DNA of 60,922 nucleotides, filler included, from Rhabdomonas costata (taxonomy: Eukaryota): the NCBI GenBank assembly GCA_019059605.1. It is 16 parts of 16 records of this genome, joined end to end, with 100 filler letters (N's around TTAATTAATTAA, not from the genome) between each part and the next. Parts side by side here need not be neighbours in the genome. Positions count along the whole stretch, not along the records: positions 1 to 3,807 come from JAHMHO010000584.1; positions 3,908 to 7,638 come from JAHMHO010000585.1; positions 7,739 to 11,453 come from JAHMHO010000586.1; 13 more parts are not named here. One strand, 5' to 3'. The position numbers and the translations under genes were made by a program. This document shows, piece by piece, positions 1 to 8,726 of the stretch (positions are counted from its first letter, which is position 1; each line of letters starts with the position of its first letter). Below the pieces are notes generated by a model. It was not told where the DNA came from and did no database searches. It saw nothing but the letters and a program-made list of their open reading frames with translations.

Positions 1-127
1 GGCCTTCGTTGTCCTTCCTTGCCATGTTGTGTTTTTCTCGGGCCCGCGCCTTGGCGCGCGCGTCTGCCTCCGTTCTTGAGGGTTTGCTTGACCCAAAACG
101 GCACTGATTTTAATCTCGTTCAGTTTA
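1..127. repeat. 127-bp terminal direct repeat of contig 1 (second copy 3681-3807)
   Basis: 1-127 matches 3681-3807 except one base (C39 vs T3719). Confidence 0.95.
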
Positions 128-198
128 TTAACAACGGCCGGCGGTGAGCCCGTACACACAATCCGCGCCAAATTCCCAGGCGAGCGGCATATTGACAC

Positions 199-285
199 GG
201 CGCCCGACGGAATGGCGTCACGGTAGTTTAGCAGGTGGTCAGGGCCTAGGGCCTCCACGTTGTCCTCTTCGTCGTCCTCGACGGG
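199..285 (-). CDS. Candidate internal exon of an unknown protein (PVEDDEEDNVEALGPDHLLNYRDAIPSGA)
   Basis: Open 87-nt frame bounded by a TAG acceptor and a GT donor in phase 0, with GC-rich third codon positions. Confidence 0.35.
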
Positions 286-1019
286 CTAACGAGCTGCCGA
301 CCATACCAATGACCCCCTAATGACTGAGATATCACCTGAGCTAACTGGCCGGACAGCTCGTCTTTATATTTCGAGCAGACCCTCACGGGTCAGCAAAGAC
401 AAAGCATGGAATGGAACTCTCAGATCCGCTCCCACGAAAATGAAAACTGTCCGAGACGAGTACACACGCCACTCAACGTAATGCAGATTCACAGGAAGTA
501 TCAAACTACGGCGGTACCCCTGTACATGACGAGGTAACCTGCAGCTGGGCAGGAACCAATTCAACGACCGCACCATCCTCACCAACGTCACATTGACAAA
601 CACACGCACACACACACCTTCACCGAAAAGCCCCAACATGTTGGGAGAGTGCGGCCGGGCACGCCAACACGAGAGATGCCACTGCGCACATCCAACAGCC
701 CCAGAAACCAAAAGAGATCAGCGATGAGACACGAGAAAGATGACGCAAAGCAAAAGAAAGAAAGAAAGATGGATGGAAGGAAGGAAGGAAAGAAAGACAC
801 ACCAGGCGATTGAGACGGACTTACAGGAGCGAAGAACAAGGCCGCCCGTGGCCCTGGGTCTAACAAAACGATATCATCGATCCGGCTGATACCACTGTAC
901 AACGAACCCTGGTACACCCCACCCCTTTCCCATCTTCCCCATCTTTGATACATTAAATCACCCAGGTTCTTCATCTAATGCCCAGTATCACTCACCTCTC
1001 ATTTCTCACTTCTGATTCC

Positions 1020-1600
1020 TCAGAGTAGAAAGTTAGGCAATTGGTCCACGCGCTTACCGCCCACCACGGTGAAGAAGGTGGTCGGCCACACTAAGTCCGT
1101 GTAGCACCCCGGCAACCCGGCGAACCCTCCGCCCGCATGGCTAACGCCGCACTGCTTGTGCACCTGCACTCCGACACACAGGGCGTAGTCTGCAACCTGC
1201 GGGTCTACCGCGGCCACCACAAGGGCCTCGACCCGCTCCCGCACCAGCTCCGCGGTGAGCTTGGTCAGTGCTAACAGGTTCGGCTGGGCCGCCCCGGGCC
1301 ACCGCCGCAGCAGCTCACGCCGCAGTGCAGCCATCTCGGGGTCCGTAAGATCGACTACACCGCCAAGCGATGCAGTCGAGTGCGGCGCATCTGAGGAGGA
1401 GGAGGCGGTGGTGGTAGCAGTGGTCGGGAGTTGCGGGAGTGGAAGCGGAAGCGGAAGCGGAAGCGGGAGGGGGGTCGGCCCGGCCGTGCCCGACGCGCTC
1501 CCTGGAACGGGGCGGTAAACTTGAAGCAGGTCATTGTGCAGGGCGCTTAGCGCGCTGCACGCGGAGGAGATCGTGCGGTGGCCCTTCCTGACACACAGCC
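1020..1600 (-). CDS. Last exon of an LCIB/LCIC-family (theta-class carbonic anhydrase-like) protein
   Basis: The frame is open from a CAG acceptor at 1601-1603 to the stop at 1020. The translation GLCVRKGHRTISSACSAL...DLTDPEM..LRRELLRR...NLLALTK...AVDPQVADYALCVGVQVH...LVWPTTFFTVVGG matches recalled LCIB motifs (RPGR..S.ACGAL, DPLDPE, AVDPAVADYAVITGVQIH). Confidence 0.85.
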
Positions 1601-2249
1601 CTGTGGCACCCCCGCACCGACTTCACTCCCCCTCCCCCTACAAATCAGCTATTGATGGGAGCGGTGGAAGCGATGCCGGTATGTCAATCAACATCGTCTT
1701 TTGCGACGCAGATGTGTCCTCAAAGGTCAGAAGGTCAGGCCCAAAAAAAAGAATTTCACAAATCCCCGCTAGAATGTAATAACCAAAGCTCTGGTCCATT
1801 CCGCTTCACGGATGCGGAACTTGGTTGCCAACTCTCCTGGGCCTTCTCGGATATGCGGATACCCCCATTCCGAAGACTGAATCCCCCGCTCTAGTCCTTA
1901 TTATGACGCCAGGGGGGAAACCATGAAAGCGATGAATGTATACTAAAGTTTTGCAAATGAAAGCCTTGGGAACGTGAACAGCGACCGGCGCAGTCCACTC
2001 CAATGCACTTGATAACATCACAAACCCGGCTTCCATTGTCAGGGTGCCTGTATGATTGCAATCACATTCCGATAGTCACATTCCAGTTTACAAGATGTTT
2101 GTTTGGGACTTTCCACAACGTTTCACGAAAAAAAAAAGCAGCACATCAGCATCACATCAATATAACCCAATTCATTTATACACTTGGGATTCGTTTGGGC
2201 GTGTCGTTGGTCAATCTCTATGAATTTGCCCAAGAGTCCAATTTGCTTT

Positions 2250-2690
2250 AATGTGACCGTGTTGCTCACCCAACATAGCCCCCACTATATAGGAGAGCGA
2301 AGATTTGAGCTTCTCAGTAAACAAAATACTTGGCGATGTTGCAGGACTTGCGTGGCACATCAACAGGCCAAGGCACAACATCATCTTCCACGAGGCCACA
2401 CGGAACAATTGTAGATGTCCATAAGGCAGTGGTGGTCCATTTCCTTGGACTGGAAGACTGGAAGAACCTGCTGACGATCAAACGGCACAGGGGCAGAATT
2501 TTTATAAGGTGCTGACAGTTAAGGACCGTGATTTAAAGCAGGTGATCTTGATTCCCTACTCGGACAAAGTGAAGGCACTCCAAGTGACAGAGCTGTTTTC
2601 TTCACGAGTTGGCGCGCCACAGGGGATTGCCCTCCAGCATCATTTCCGACATGGACACCAAGTTTACGAGTGCTTTTTGGAAGTCCCTAT
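2250..2690 (+). mobile_element. Decayed Ty3/Gypsy integrase remnant
   Basis: Frameshifted peptides HSPHYIG..ELLSKQ..W.CCRTCVAHQQAKAQHHLPRG (zinc-binding region), KQVILIPYS..KALQVTELF and GLPSSIISDMDTKFTSAFWKSL (DDE core). Confidence 0.75.
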
Positions 2691-3207
2691 CCCGTTCCCA
2701 CCCAACACAAAATGCCCGCATTCACCTTCCCACAACCCCGTCCGGCAGGCTTTTCAGTCACATGCCCGCCCCCTTGTAAAAGCTTGTGCTCACTCTTTGC
2801 GTGCCCGTGTTTTTGTGTATCGTCTTTATTGCTTCTGTGTGGGGTGTTCTCCCAGTGGGAATTGGTTTTTTCTCGCTACCCGCGCCTTGGCGCGAGACTT
2901 GCGGCTTCCGCCGTTTTTTTGCTCGCGCCACGCGCTCCATTTTTACGCCATTCCCTGTGCCTCCGTCCGCTTCGGAACCGGTGCCCCCAGATTGGTTACC
3001 CCAACTTTTTCCTATCCAGCCTTTTGCTTCCTTTTTGCCACCGTGACTCTCTTATAATTTGCTCTGTCAACAGCCTTTGTGTGTGTTGTTACATTTCTGT
3101 GTCGATGGTAGTAAAGTGTTGTGATTGTATTTGTTGCCGTTATGGTCGTGAACGCTGCTGTTTTTAAAGGTCTTTCGATTGTGAACTCTCCCAAAGACGG
3201 GCGTTTG

Positions 3208-3209
3208 GC

Positions 3210-3244
<35 letters not shown>
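3208..3244. repeat. (CAA)n microsatellite
   Basis: About 12 tandem CAA units. Confidence 0.9.
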
Positions 3245-3807
3245 GACTTCCTGCACGTAAGCGCCCGGTAGGAGGAATGAGAACAATGGAACGGAGCAGG
3301 TATCCGCACTGACGCGCGGATACCCTTCCGGATAAAAGATTTTGTGGCAGAAGCAAGCAAATATTATTTCAGGCGCGTGTGTTTCGTGTTCAGAATTCAT
3401 ATCAGAGTTCGTTCACCTAGCGATGTTCTGTGGGTTCCAACGGGAGGTTCAGATCCAAGCGTTTTTGCCCAGAAGAAGATAACACAGAAACGTTGGGGGC
3501 CGTCAAAAAGAGTTTGCCCGCGAAAAAAGGTAATTTGCTGTTTGCACATTCATATTCTCAAACATCCGTTTTCCATGGTCTCTCTTCCACCTTCCCTTCC
3601 CTCAGAATGTGCGGCGGGTTGGCCCATTCCCCCGTCCCCTTTGCGTTTGATCTTTCGTGCCCGCTGTTTTGCTGTTTTGAGGCCTTCGTTGTCCTTCCTT
3701 GCCATGTTGTGTTTTTCTTGGGCCCGCGCCTTGGCGCGCGCGTCTGCCTCCGTTCTTGAGGGTTTGCTTGACCCAAAACGGCACTGATTTTAATCTCGTT
3801 CAGTTTA

Positions 3808-3907
3808 NNNNNNNNNNNNNNNNNNNNNNNNNNNNNNNNNNNNNNNNNNNNTTAATTAATTAANNNNNNNNNNNNNNNNNNNNNNNNNNNNNNNNNNNNN
3901 NNNNNNN
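3808..3907. other. Artificial contig spacer N44-TTAATTAATTAA-N44 (15 such spacers in the window)
   Basis: Identical 100-nt six-frame-stop linker recurring about every 3.8 kb. Confidence 0.98.
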
Positions 3908-4186
3908 TGTTGGTTTGATCTATTCTGCGTGCTAGTGTATGACAGCGAAGAAGAAAAGTACATGCAACTGTTCGATGATGAAAATTTTATGAATTACAGA
4001 TTTCACACATTATATATGCACGATAAGATGATGAAGCTGTGGAGAAATTACAGGTCATGCATTTACTCTTTAGTGACGAGACATGAAAAGAAGAAGACGA
4101 AATTAAAAAAGATTGCCTATAGATCTATACTAAGACAATATTTTTGTGCAGATATAACAGAAATTATTGTTGAATTTATTTGCTAA
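3908..4186 (+). CDS. 5'-truncated ORFan with an F-box-like C-terminal motif
   Basis: The frame is open from the contig start and ends RQYFCADITEIIVEFIC*. Confidence 0.6.
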   Translation, partial: CWFDLFCVLVYDSEEEKYMQLFDDENFMNYRFHTLYMHDKMMKLWRNYRSCIYSLVTRHEKKKTKLKKIAYRSILRQYFCADITEIIVEFIC

Positions 4187-4214
4187 TTTTTAAAGTATAG
4201 AGTAATATTATAAT

Positions 4215-4496
4215 ATGAACTCGAAATTAAAACCTGAAGATTATGTTTTACGTTTTGGACGTTATAAAGATATGAAGGCTGTTGATGTAGCAAAAATAAC
4301 TACTGTAGATAGTGAAGGAAAGACTAATTATGTAGGAATTCGCTATTTAAAGTGGTTAATAGAACAAGCATGGTTCAAGCATATGGACATAATAAAACAA
4401 ATTTTGCAACCACAAGAAAATGAAACAGATGATGAAAAGGCAACAAGAATGCAAATTGTGGCAAAAGAACAACTTAGAATTAATCATAAACAATGA
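4215..4496 (+). CDS. Small protein with a DUF3820/QSregVF_b-like motif
   Basis: VLRFGRYKD...RYLKWL resembles the FGKYKG...YLxW motif; ATG lies in an AT-rich context. Confidence 0.65.
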   Translation: MNSKLKPEDYVLRFGRYKDMKAVDVAKITTVDSEGKTNYVGIRYLKWLIEQAWFKHMDIIKQILQPQENETDDEKATRMQIVAKEQLRINHKQ

Positions 4497-4554
4497 AGAA
4501 TATTATAGAATGATATTGATTACACCCATTTACATTGATTTTCATGATTCTAAT

Positions 4555-4588
4555 TTTTTATTCTCCTATGATAATAGGAGAATAAAAA
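4555..4588 (+). terminator. Perfect 15-bp stem, 4-nt loop hairpin after ORF 4215-4496
   Basis: TTTTTATTCTCCTAT-GATA-ATAGGAGAATAAAAA. Confidence 0.75.
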
Positions 4589-4597
4589 TATACAGCA

Positions 4598-4915
4598 ATG
4601 AAGAGGTTACACAGTGAAATAAACAGTAAGAAAGAGCTAAAAACAACCCCCGTGAAGTATTTATTGTGTGAAATATGTGGGAAACGGTGCTACAACTATA
4701 AGCTATGTAATCAGCCGTATACATACTGTAGTACGAATTGCCTTGAAGTTTTAATTCTTTCTCAAAAGAATGACTTCTTAGACGAAGACGCCCCTAGGTC
4801 GTCTACATTTTCGGATCTACGATCCGAAAACGTCAAAGAAAATGATAGCTTCATGAAAAGAGTACAGAGTAACGAAGATCTTATGGTATTAGAATCAAAT
4901 CAGTCGAATAAATAA
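4598..4915 (+). CDS. Small zinc-finger protein (TRASH/MYM-like)
   Basis: 105-aa ORF containing CEICGK...YCSTNC. Confidence 0.65.
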   Translation: MKRLHSEINSKKELKTTPVKYLLCEICGKRCYNYKLCNQPYTYCSTNCLEVLILSQKNDFLDEDAPRSSTFSDLRSENVKENDSFMKRVQSNEDLMVLESNQSNK

Positions 4916-4946
4916 TGAAATAATGGTTATTGTTTCATTATTTATT
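4907..4946. terminator. 18-bp stem hairpin overlapping the stops of two convergent ORFs
   Basis: AATAAATAATGAAATAAT-GGTT-ATTGTTTCATTATTTATT, with one G-U pair. Confidence 0.75.
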
Positions 4947-5277
4947 GTCCGTATTCAAAATTGTGGTACCAAATGGGATCTCCAATTCTATTTCTATTCA
5001 TTAAATCTATGATTTCATTTCCTGTTAACTTTCGGCTCCTAGCAGCTATATTAGTGCGCCTGTCTCTAATTTCACCCCATGTTTCTCCTTGATATTCGAA
5101 ATCTCTATATGCCCTATGCTGACGTGGTGGTAGCGGATTGTTAACTGCGATAGGTTGAACACGGGAGGAGCAAATGCCTCTTCCCTTCTTAACTGTCCTT
5201 TTTCTTGGTTTGTTCTGTTTTGCTATAGCACTCTTAACCTCCTTTTTGATAATGGAAACAATCTCTTTTTTATTCAT
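4942..5277 (-). CDS. Basic ORFan protein
   Basis: 111-aa ORF with a Lys/Arg-rich N-terminus containing KKGRG. Confidence 0.65.
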   Translation of the reverse strand: MNKKEIVSIIKKEVKSAIAKQNKPRKRTVKKGRGICSSRVQPIAVNNPLPPRQHRAYRDFEYQGETWGEIRDRRTNIAARSRKLTGNEIIDLMNRNRIGDPIWYHNFEYGQ

Positions 5278-5723
5278 GTGTATATATATACTAAGTTAAT
5301 AAAATAAATTTGAAAACAGCTTAAGAAATTAACGACTTTCATATATAATGGCAAACAANNNNNNNNNNNNNNNNNNNNNNNNNNNNNNNNNNNNNNNNNN
5401 NNNNNNNNNNNNNNNNNNNNNNNNNNNNNNNNNNNNNNNNNNNNNNNNNNNNNNNNNNNNNNNNNNNNNNNNNNNNNNNNNNNNNNNNNNNNNNNNNNNN
5501 NNNNNNNNNNNNNNNNNNNNNNNNNNNNNNNNNNNNNNNNNNNNNNNNNNNNNNNNNNNNNNNNNNNNNNNNNNNNNNNNNNNNNNNNNNNNNNNNNNNN
5601 NNNNNNNNNNNNNNNNNNNNNNNNNNNNNNNNNNNNNNNNNNNNNNNNNNNNNNNNNNNNNNNNNNNNNNNNNNNNNNNNNNNNNNNNNNNNNNNNNNNN
5701 NNNNNNNNNNNNNNNNNNNNNNN

Positions 5724-6596
5724 AAGTTAGTTGAAAACGATATTGATATCGACATTCTCAATTATGTTAAGAACATAAACCAACAGTTCTACAATATTGA
5801 TATTGATTTTATTGATGATTTTATAAGTCTTGTGGACAAAGACTACTGTTGCATTCCACATGAGTTTCTAAAAGCATGTGGAGTTACTCAACTAACATCA
5901 GGGTCAAATGATGTTAAGAAGATTTTATTAAATAATAATGGTGTAGAAGAAAAAGACTACATCGTCCAGCTCCGCCAAACGGCGGACCTGCAAGAACAGA
6001 TCACATACGTCTTACATCCAATAATTTTTAAAAAGATTTTAATTAGGAGCAGAAACACAGATAAATATGCAGATTATTATTTACTTCTTGAGATGTGTGT
6101 GAAATATTATAATGATTACTACCAATTCAAATTAAAAAAGAAAATAGAAGAAGATAACAAAATAAAATTATTACTTTTAACTGACAGTGAAACATTGGAT
6201 AACTTTACTATTTTTAAATGTGATGAAGATACACTATTTATAAGAAAGAATCGGAGAGACAAAGGATACTTATACACTCCACATGACTATACTGAATATC
6301 CATATGCACTTATTAATGGAAGTAATAGTAATCTTACAAAAATAATGAAAGCGTGTAAAATTAAACAAAGTAACCAGATAGTAAAAATTAAATGTCCATC
6401 ATATAATAATTTTCTAAAGAAAATAAAAGAAGACTTAGGGGATAAAGTTGAAAGAAAAACAACCGAGTATGAAGATGAATTAGAGAATGATGCAACAAGA
6501 ATAAGTGTAACACGATTCTTTAGACTTAGAAATATATCTGAAGATGAATTTGTTGAAGCAATAAATAAATTGCACATTTCAAGAGGATCACAGTAA
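5724..6596 (+). CDS. MSV199-like domain protein (start lies in or before the N gap, possibly ATG 5348)
   Basis: The frame is open from 5724: KLVENDIDIDILNYVKNIN..IDIDFIDDFISLVDKD.CCI.H..L...Y.LHP..FK..L.RSRNT.KYADYYLLLE.CVKYYNDY. I recall this pattern from large DNA virus proteins. Confidence 0.65.
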   Translation, partial: KLVENDIDIDILNYVKNINQQFYNIDIDFIDDFISLVDKDYCCIPHEFLKACGVTQLTSGSNDVKKILLNNNGVEEKDYIVQLRQTADLQEQITYVLHPIIFKKILIRSRNTDKYADYYLLLEMCVKYYNDYYQFKLKKKIEEDNKIKLLLLTDSETLDNFTIFKCDEDTLFIRKNRRDKGYLYTPHDYTEYPYALINGSNSNLTKIMKACKIKQSNQIVKIKCPSYNNFLKKIKEDLGDKVERKTTEYEDELENDATRISVTRFFRLRNISEDEFVEAINKLHISRGSQ

Positions 6597-6628
6597 AACA
6601 ATAATATTGCTATGCAATATTATTGTTT
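6596..6628. terminator. Perfect 15-bp stem, 3-nt loop hairpin filling the gap between convergent genes
   Basis: AAACAATAATATTGC-TAT-GCAATATTATTGTTT. Confidence 0.8.
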
Positions 6629-6629
6629 C

Positions 6630-7394
6630 TTATTCGTTGATAATATAATATTCAAATGCTAGATCTTTATTAAGTGCATAGTCAAATTTTATTCTAAAAT
6701 ATCCGTCATTTCCAAATGTTGTGCCATGACTATTCAAGATTTCCAAGGTATCTGTTGCATCATCATAACCAATAGCAACTATTGCATGACCTCCAAGGAC
6801 ATCATCATTAAGTGCTGGTAACTCTAGAATATCATTTTCTTTGGCTATCCTAAAAAAGTTAGAGTACACCATAATACCGAATAAGATTGGTTTCTGAAGA
6901 ATGGCTAGAGCATATTTTATATTGTATCGTGATGGTACTATTTGTTTATCAGAAATAAAAGGACATTTATTAATAGTTATTGACTCCTGAAAAATTTCTT
7001 TTGGTGGCACATCATTAACTTTTTCTTCTCTATACGGATATTTTACTTCATCGATATAATGGTATTGAGAAAGTGCCGTAAATACTCCTTTTAGTGTTGC
7101 TCCTTGATCCTGAACTGGCAGCATACAACCATTGTCAACATATCGTGTACAAAAGTACATATATAACCGGCTAATATTGCAATCTACCTTATCACTTAGT
7201 AAAAGGAAATTTGATGTTGCATTAGCTGAACAAGATGATAATGATAATTGATCAAACACTTGTTTTACTTTATTCTTTAAACTAAACTGAGAGGGTAATT
7301 CGATTTTCTCACAAGGTGGTAATGATAATTTTCTCTCTTTCGGATCAACTTTAGAACGTTTTAAGCCGAACTTATACTGACAATTAGAAGTCAT
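6630..7394 (-). CDS. Papain-family (C1) cysteine protease, xylellain-like, no signal peptide
   Basis: DQLSLSSCSANA (Gln, Cys), SRLYMY, DQGATL, GGHAIVAIGYDD (His), LNSHG..FG.DGYF (Asn). Confidence 0.92.
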   Translation of the reverse strand: MTSNCQYKFGLKRSKVDPKERKLSLPPCEKIELPSQFSLKNKVKQVFDQLSLSSCSANATSNFLLLSDKVDCNISRLYMYFCTRYVDNGCMLPVQDQGATLKGVFTALSQYHYIDEVKYPYREEKVNDVPPKEIFQESITINKCPFISDKQIVPSRYNIKYALAILQKPILFGIMVYSNFFRIAKENDILELPALNDDVLGGHAIVAIGYDDATDTLEILNSHGTTFGNDGYFRIKFDYALNKDLAFEYYIINE

Positions 7395-7475
7395 TATACA
7401 ATGTATGTAGAAAATTTTATTTTATCCAGACTTTCATGATGTAGTAAATTACTGAACCTATAATTGACATTACCG

Positions 7476-7551
7476 TTCAGAAATGATTTTTGCTCAGCAA
7501 AATCATTTCTGAATGATTCTAGATTGAAGTTGCATCAGCACACTTCAATCT
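7476..7551. terminator. Two tandem hairpins
   Basis: TTCAGAAATGATTTTTGCT-C-AGCAAAATCATTTCTGAA (7476-7513) and AGATTGAAGT-TGCATCAGCAC-ACTTCAATCT (7521-7551). Confidence 0.65.
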
Positions 7552-7738
7552 GGGAACCATATACACAATAAATCCCACATTTATACTTTATCATCAGAAA
7601 AAATTAATATATTTGGTAAAATGGTTTGCCAAAAACAANNNNNNNNNNNNNNNNNNNNNNNNNNNNNNNNNNNNNNNNNNNNTTAATTAATTAANNNNNN
7701 NNNNNNNNNNNNNNNNNNNNNNNNNNNNNNNNNNNNNN

Positions 7739-8560
7739 TTTTCGGAGTTGGGGTTCGGGTTCATGTCATGGTTGGGTTACGGTTTGTATCGCTACGGATC
7801 TTCTTCTTCTACAGCTACGGCTTGGTTGGACTTGGGTGTGGCGTGGTGTTGAGCTGGTGCTGTTGGGTTGCTAGGTGTGCTATGTGGTGTCGGTATCGTT
7901 GGCTAGGTTGGTCTGTAGAGTTTGGGGCTGGGAGTTGGTGGGGTCGAGTGTGCAGGTGTTTCCTACGATGCTAGTGGATGATTCGGCGTGTAAGGGTCTG
8001 GTGATGGTGTGCGTGGTGGTGAGGGTGCTGGTGTTGGGGTTCGTGGACATGCGGTGGTGCCTGGGGTCGAGGTGTGTGTTGCAGCGTTGTGGCTTTGGGC
8101 GTGTGTTGCGGTGGTGTACTTGGTGCTCGATGTGTGCTTGCCTTTCGATGTGTCATTCTGGGTGTGGTGTTGCGGTATGGTGCTCTTTGTGACTCCGTTG
8201 TTGTGTCTTGGATAGCGTGGGTGGGTGCAGGTGGTTGGGTAGGTAGGTCAAGGTGTTTCCGAGTGTGGTGCCACGGTGTCGTGGTGGGTGATGGCTTCTT
8301 GTGTGCAGGTGATTCGTGGTGGTTGGGCGTTGGGTAACTGGGTGTAGCAATGTGTGTACTTCTGTGTCCGAATGTGGTTGGTGTTCGTGCTTCATGCGTT
8401 CTGTGTGGCTTTCGTTTTGTGCGTTGTGGTCGTTGGCTGGGTCTGATGGTGCGTTAGGAGTCGTGTAGGGTATGCCGTTGGGCGGATTGGCGGGGTTGAG
8501 TCTTGGGGTTGGTGTTGCATCGTTGCTGTAGGTGGGTCTGAGGTCTTAGTGTTCTGTGAT
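7739..8560. other. Strongly G/T-skewed non-tandem tract
   Basis: The + strand is depleted of A and C over about 820 bp, with an abrupt end. Confidence 0.7.
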
Positions 8561-8726
8561 GTCCGAGTGGTCAGCCAACCACTCTCTACTCACCATGCTT
8601 GCTGCATCAGTATCGCAGCCTTTAACGTCTGTGCTTGGGGGTTTCTGCGGCCCCGCTGGTCCCACCCAATATCTGGATATTCTCTGGACAATGGGGACAA
8701 GTGTATTTTTTGGGAGGGAGGCGGGA

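Larger units (their letters stand above)
3908..7638. mobile_element. AT-rich, intronless virus-like contig (giant virus, virophage or Polinton-like element fragment)
   Basis: Much more AT-rich than all other contigs, with tightly packed unspliced ORFs, virus-type gene families and hairpins after genes. No capsid, packaging ATPase or polymerase is visible. Confidence 0.7.

Noticed and set aside
336-639. Possible first exons upstream of exon 199-285
   Set aside because: The ATG exon (618-639) and the next candidate exon have incompatible splice phases.
3012-3400. ORFs with poly-Val, poly-Cys, poly-Leu or poly-Thr
   Set aside because: They are translations of a CAA microsatellite.
3852-3863. 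TTAATTAATTAA recurring about every 3.8 kb
   Set aside because: Always embedded in identical N runs, so it is an artificial linker. Neighbouring contigs are not linked and no cross-contig gene cluster can be inferred.
5339-5761. Long ORFs through N gaps (also 31706-32447)
   Set aside because: They are open only because N is translated as X.
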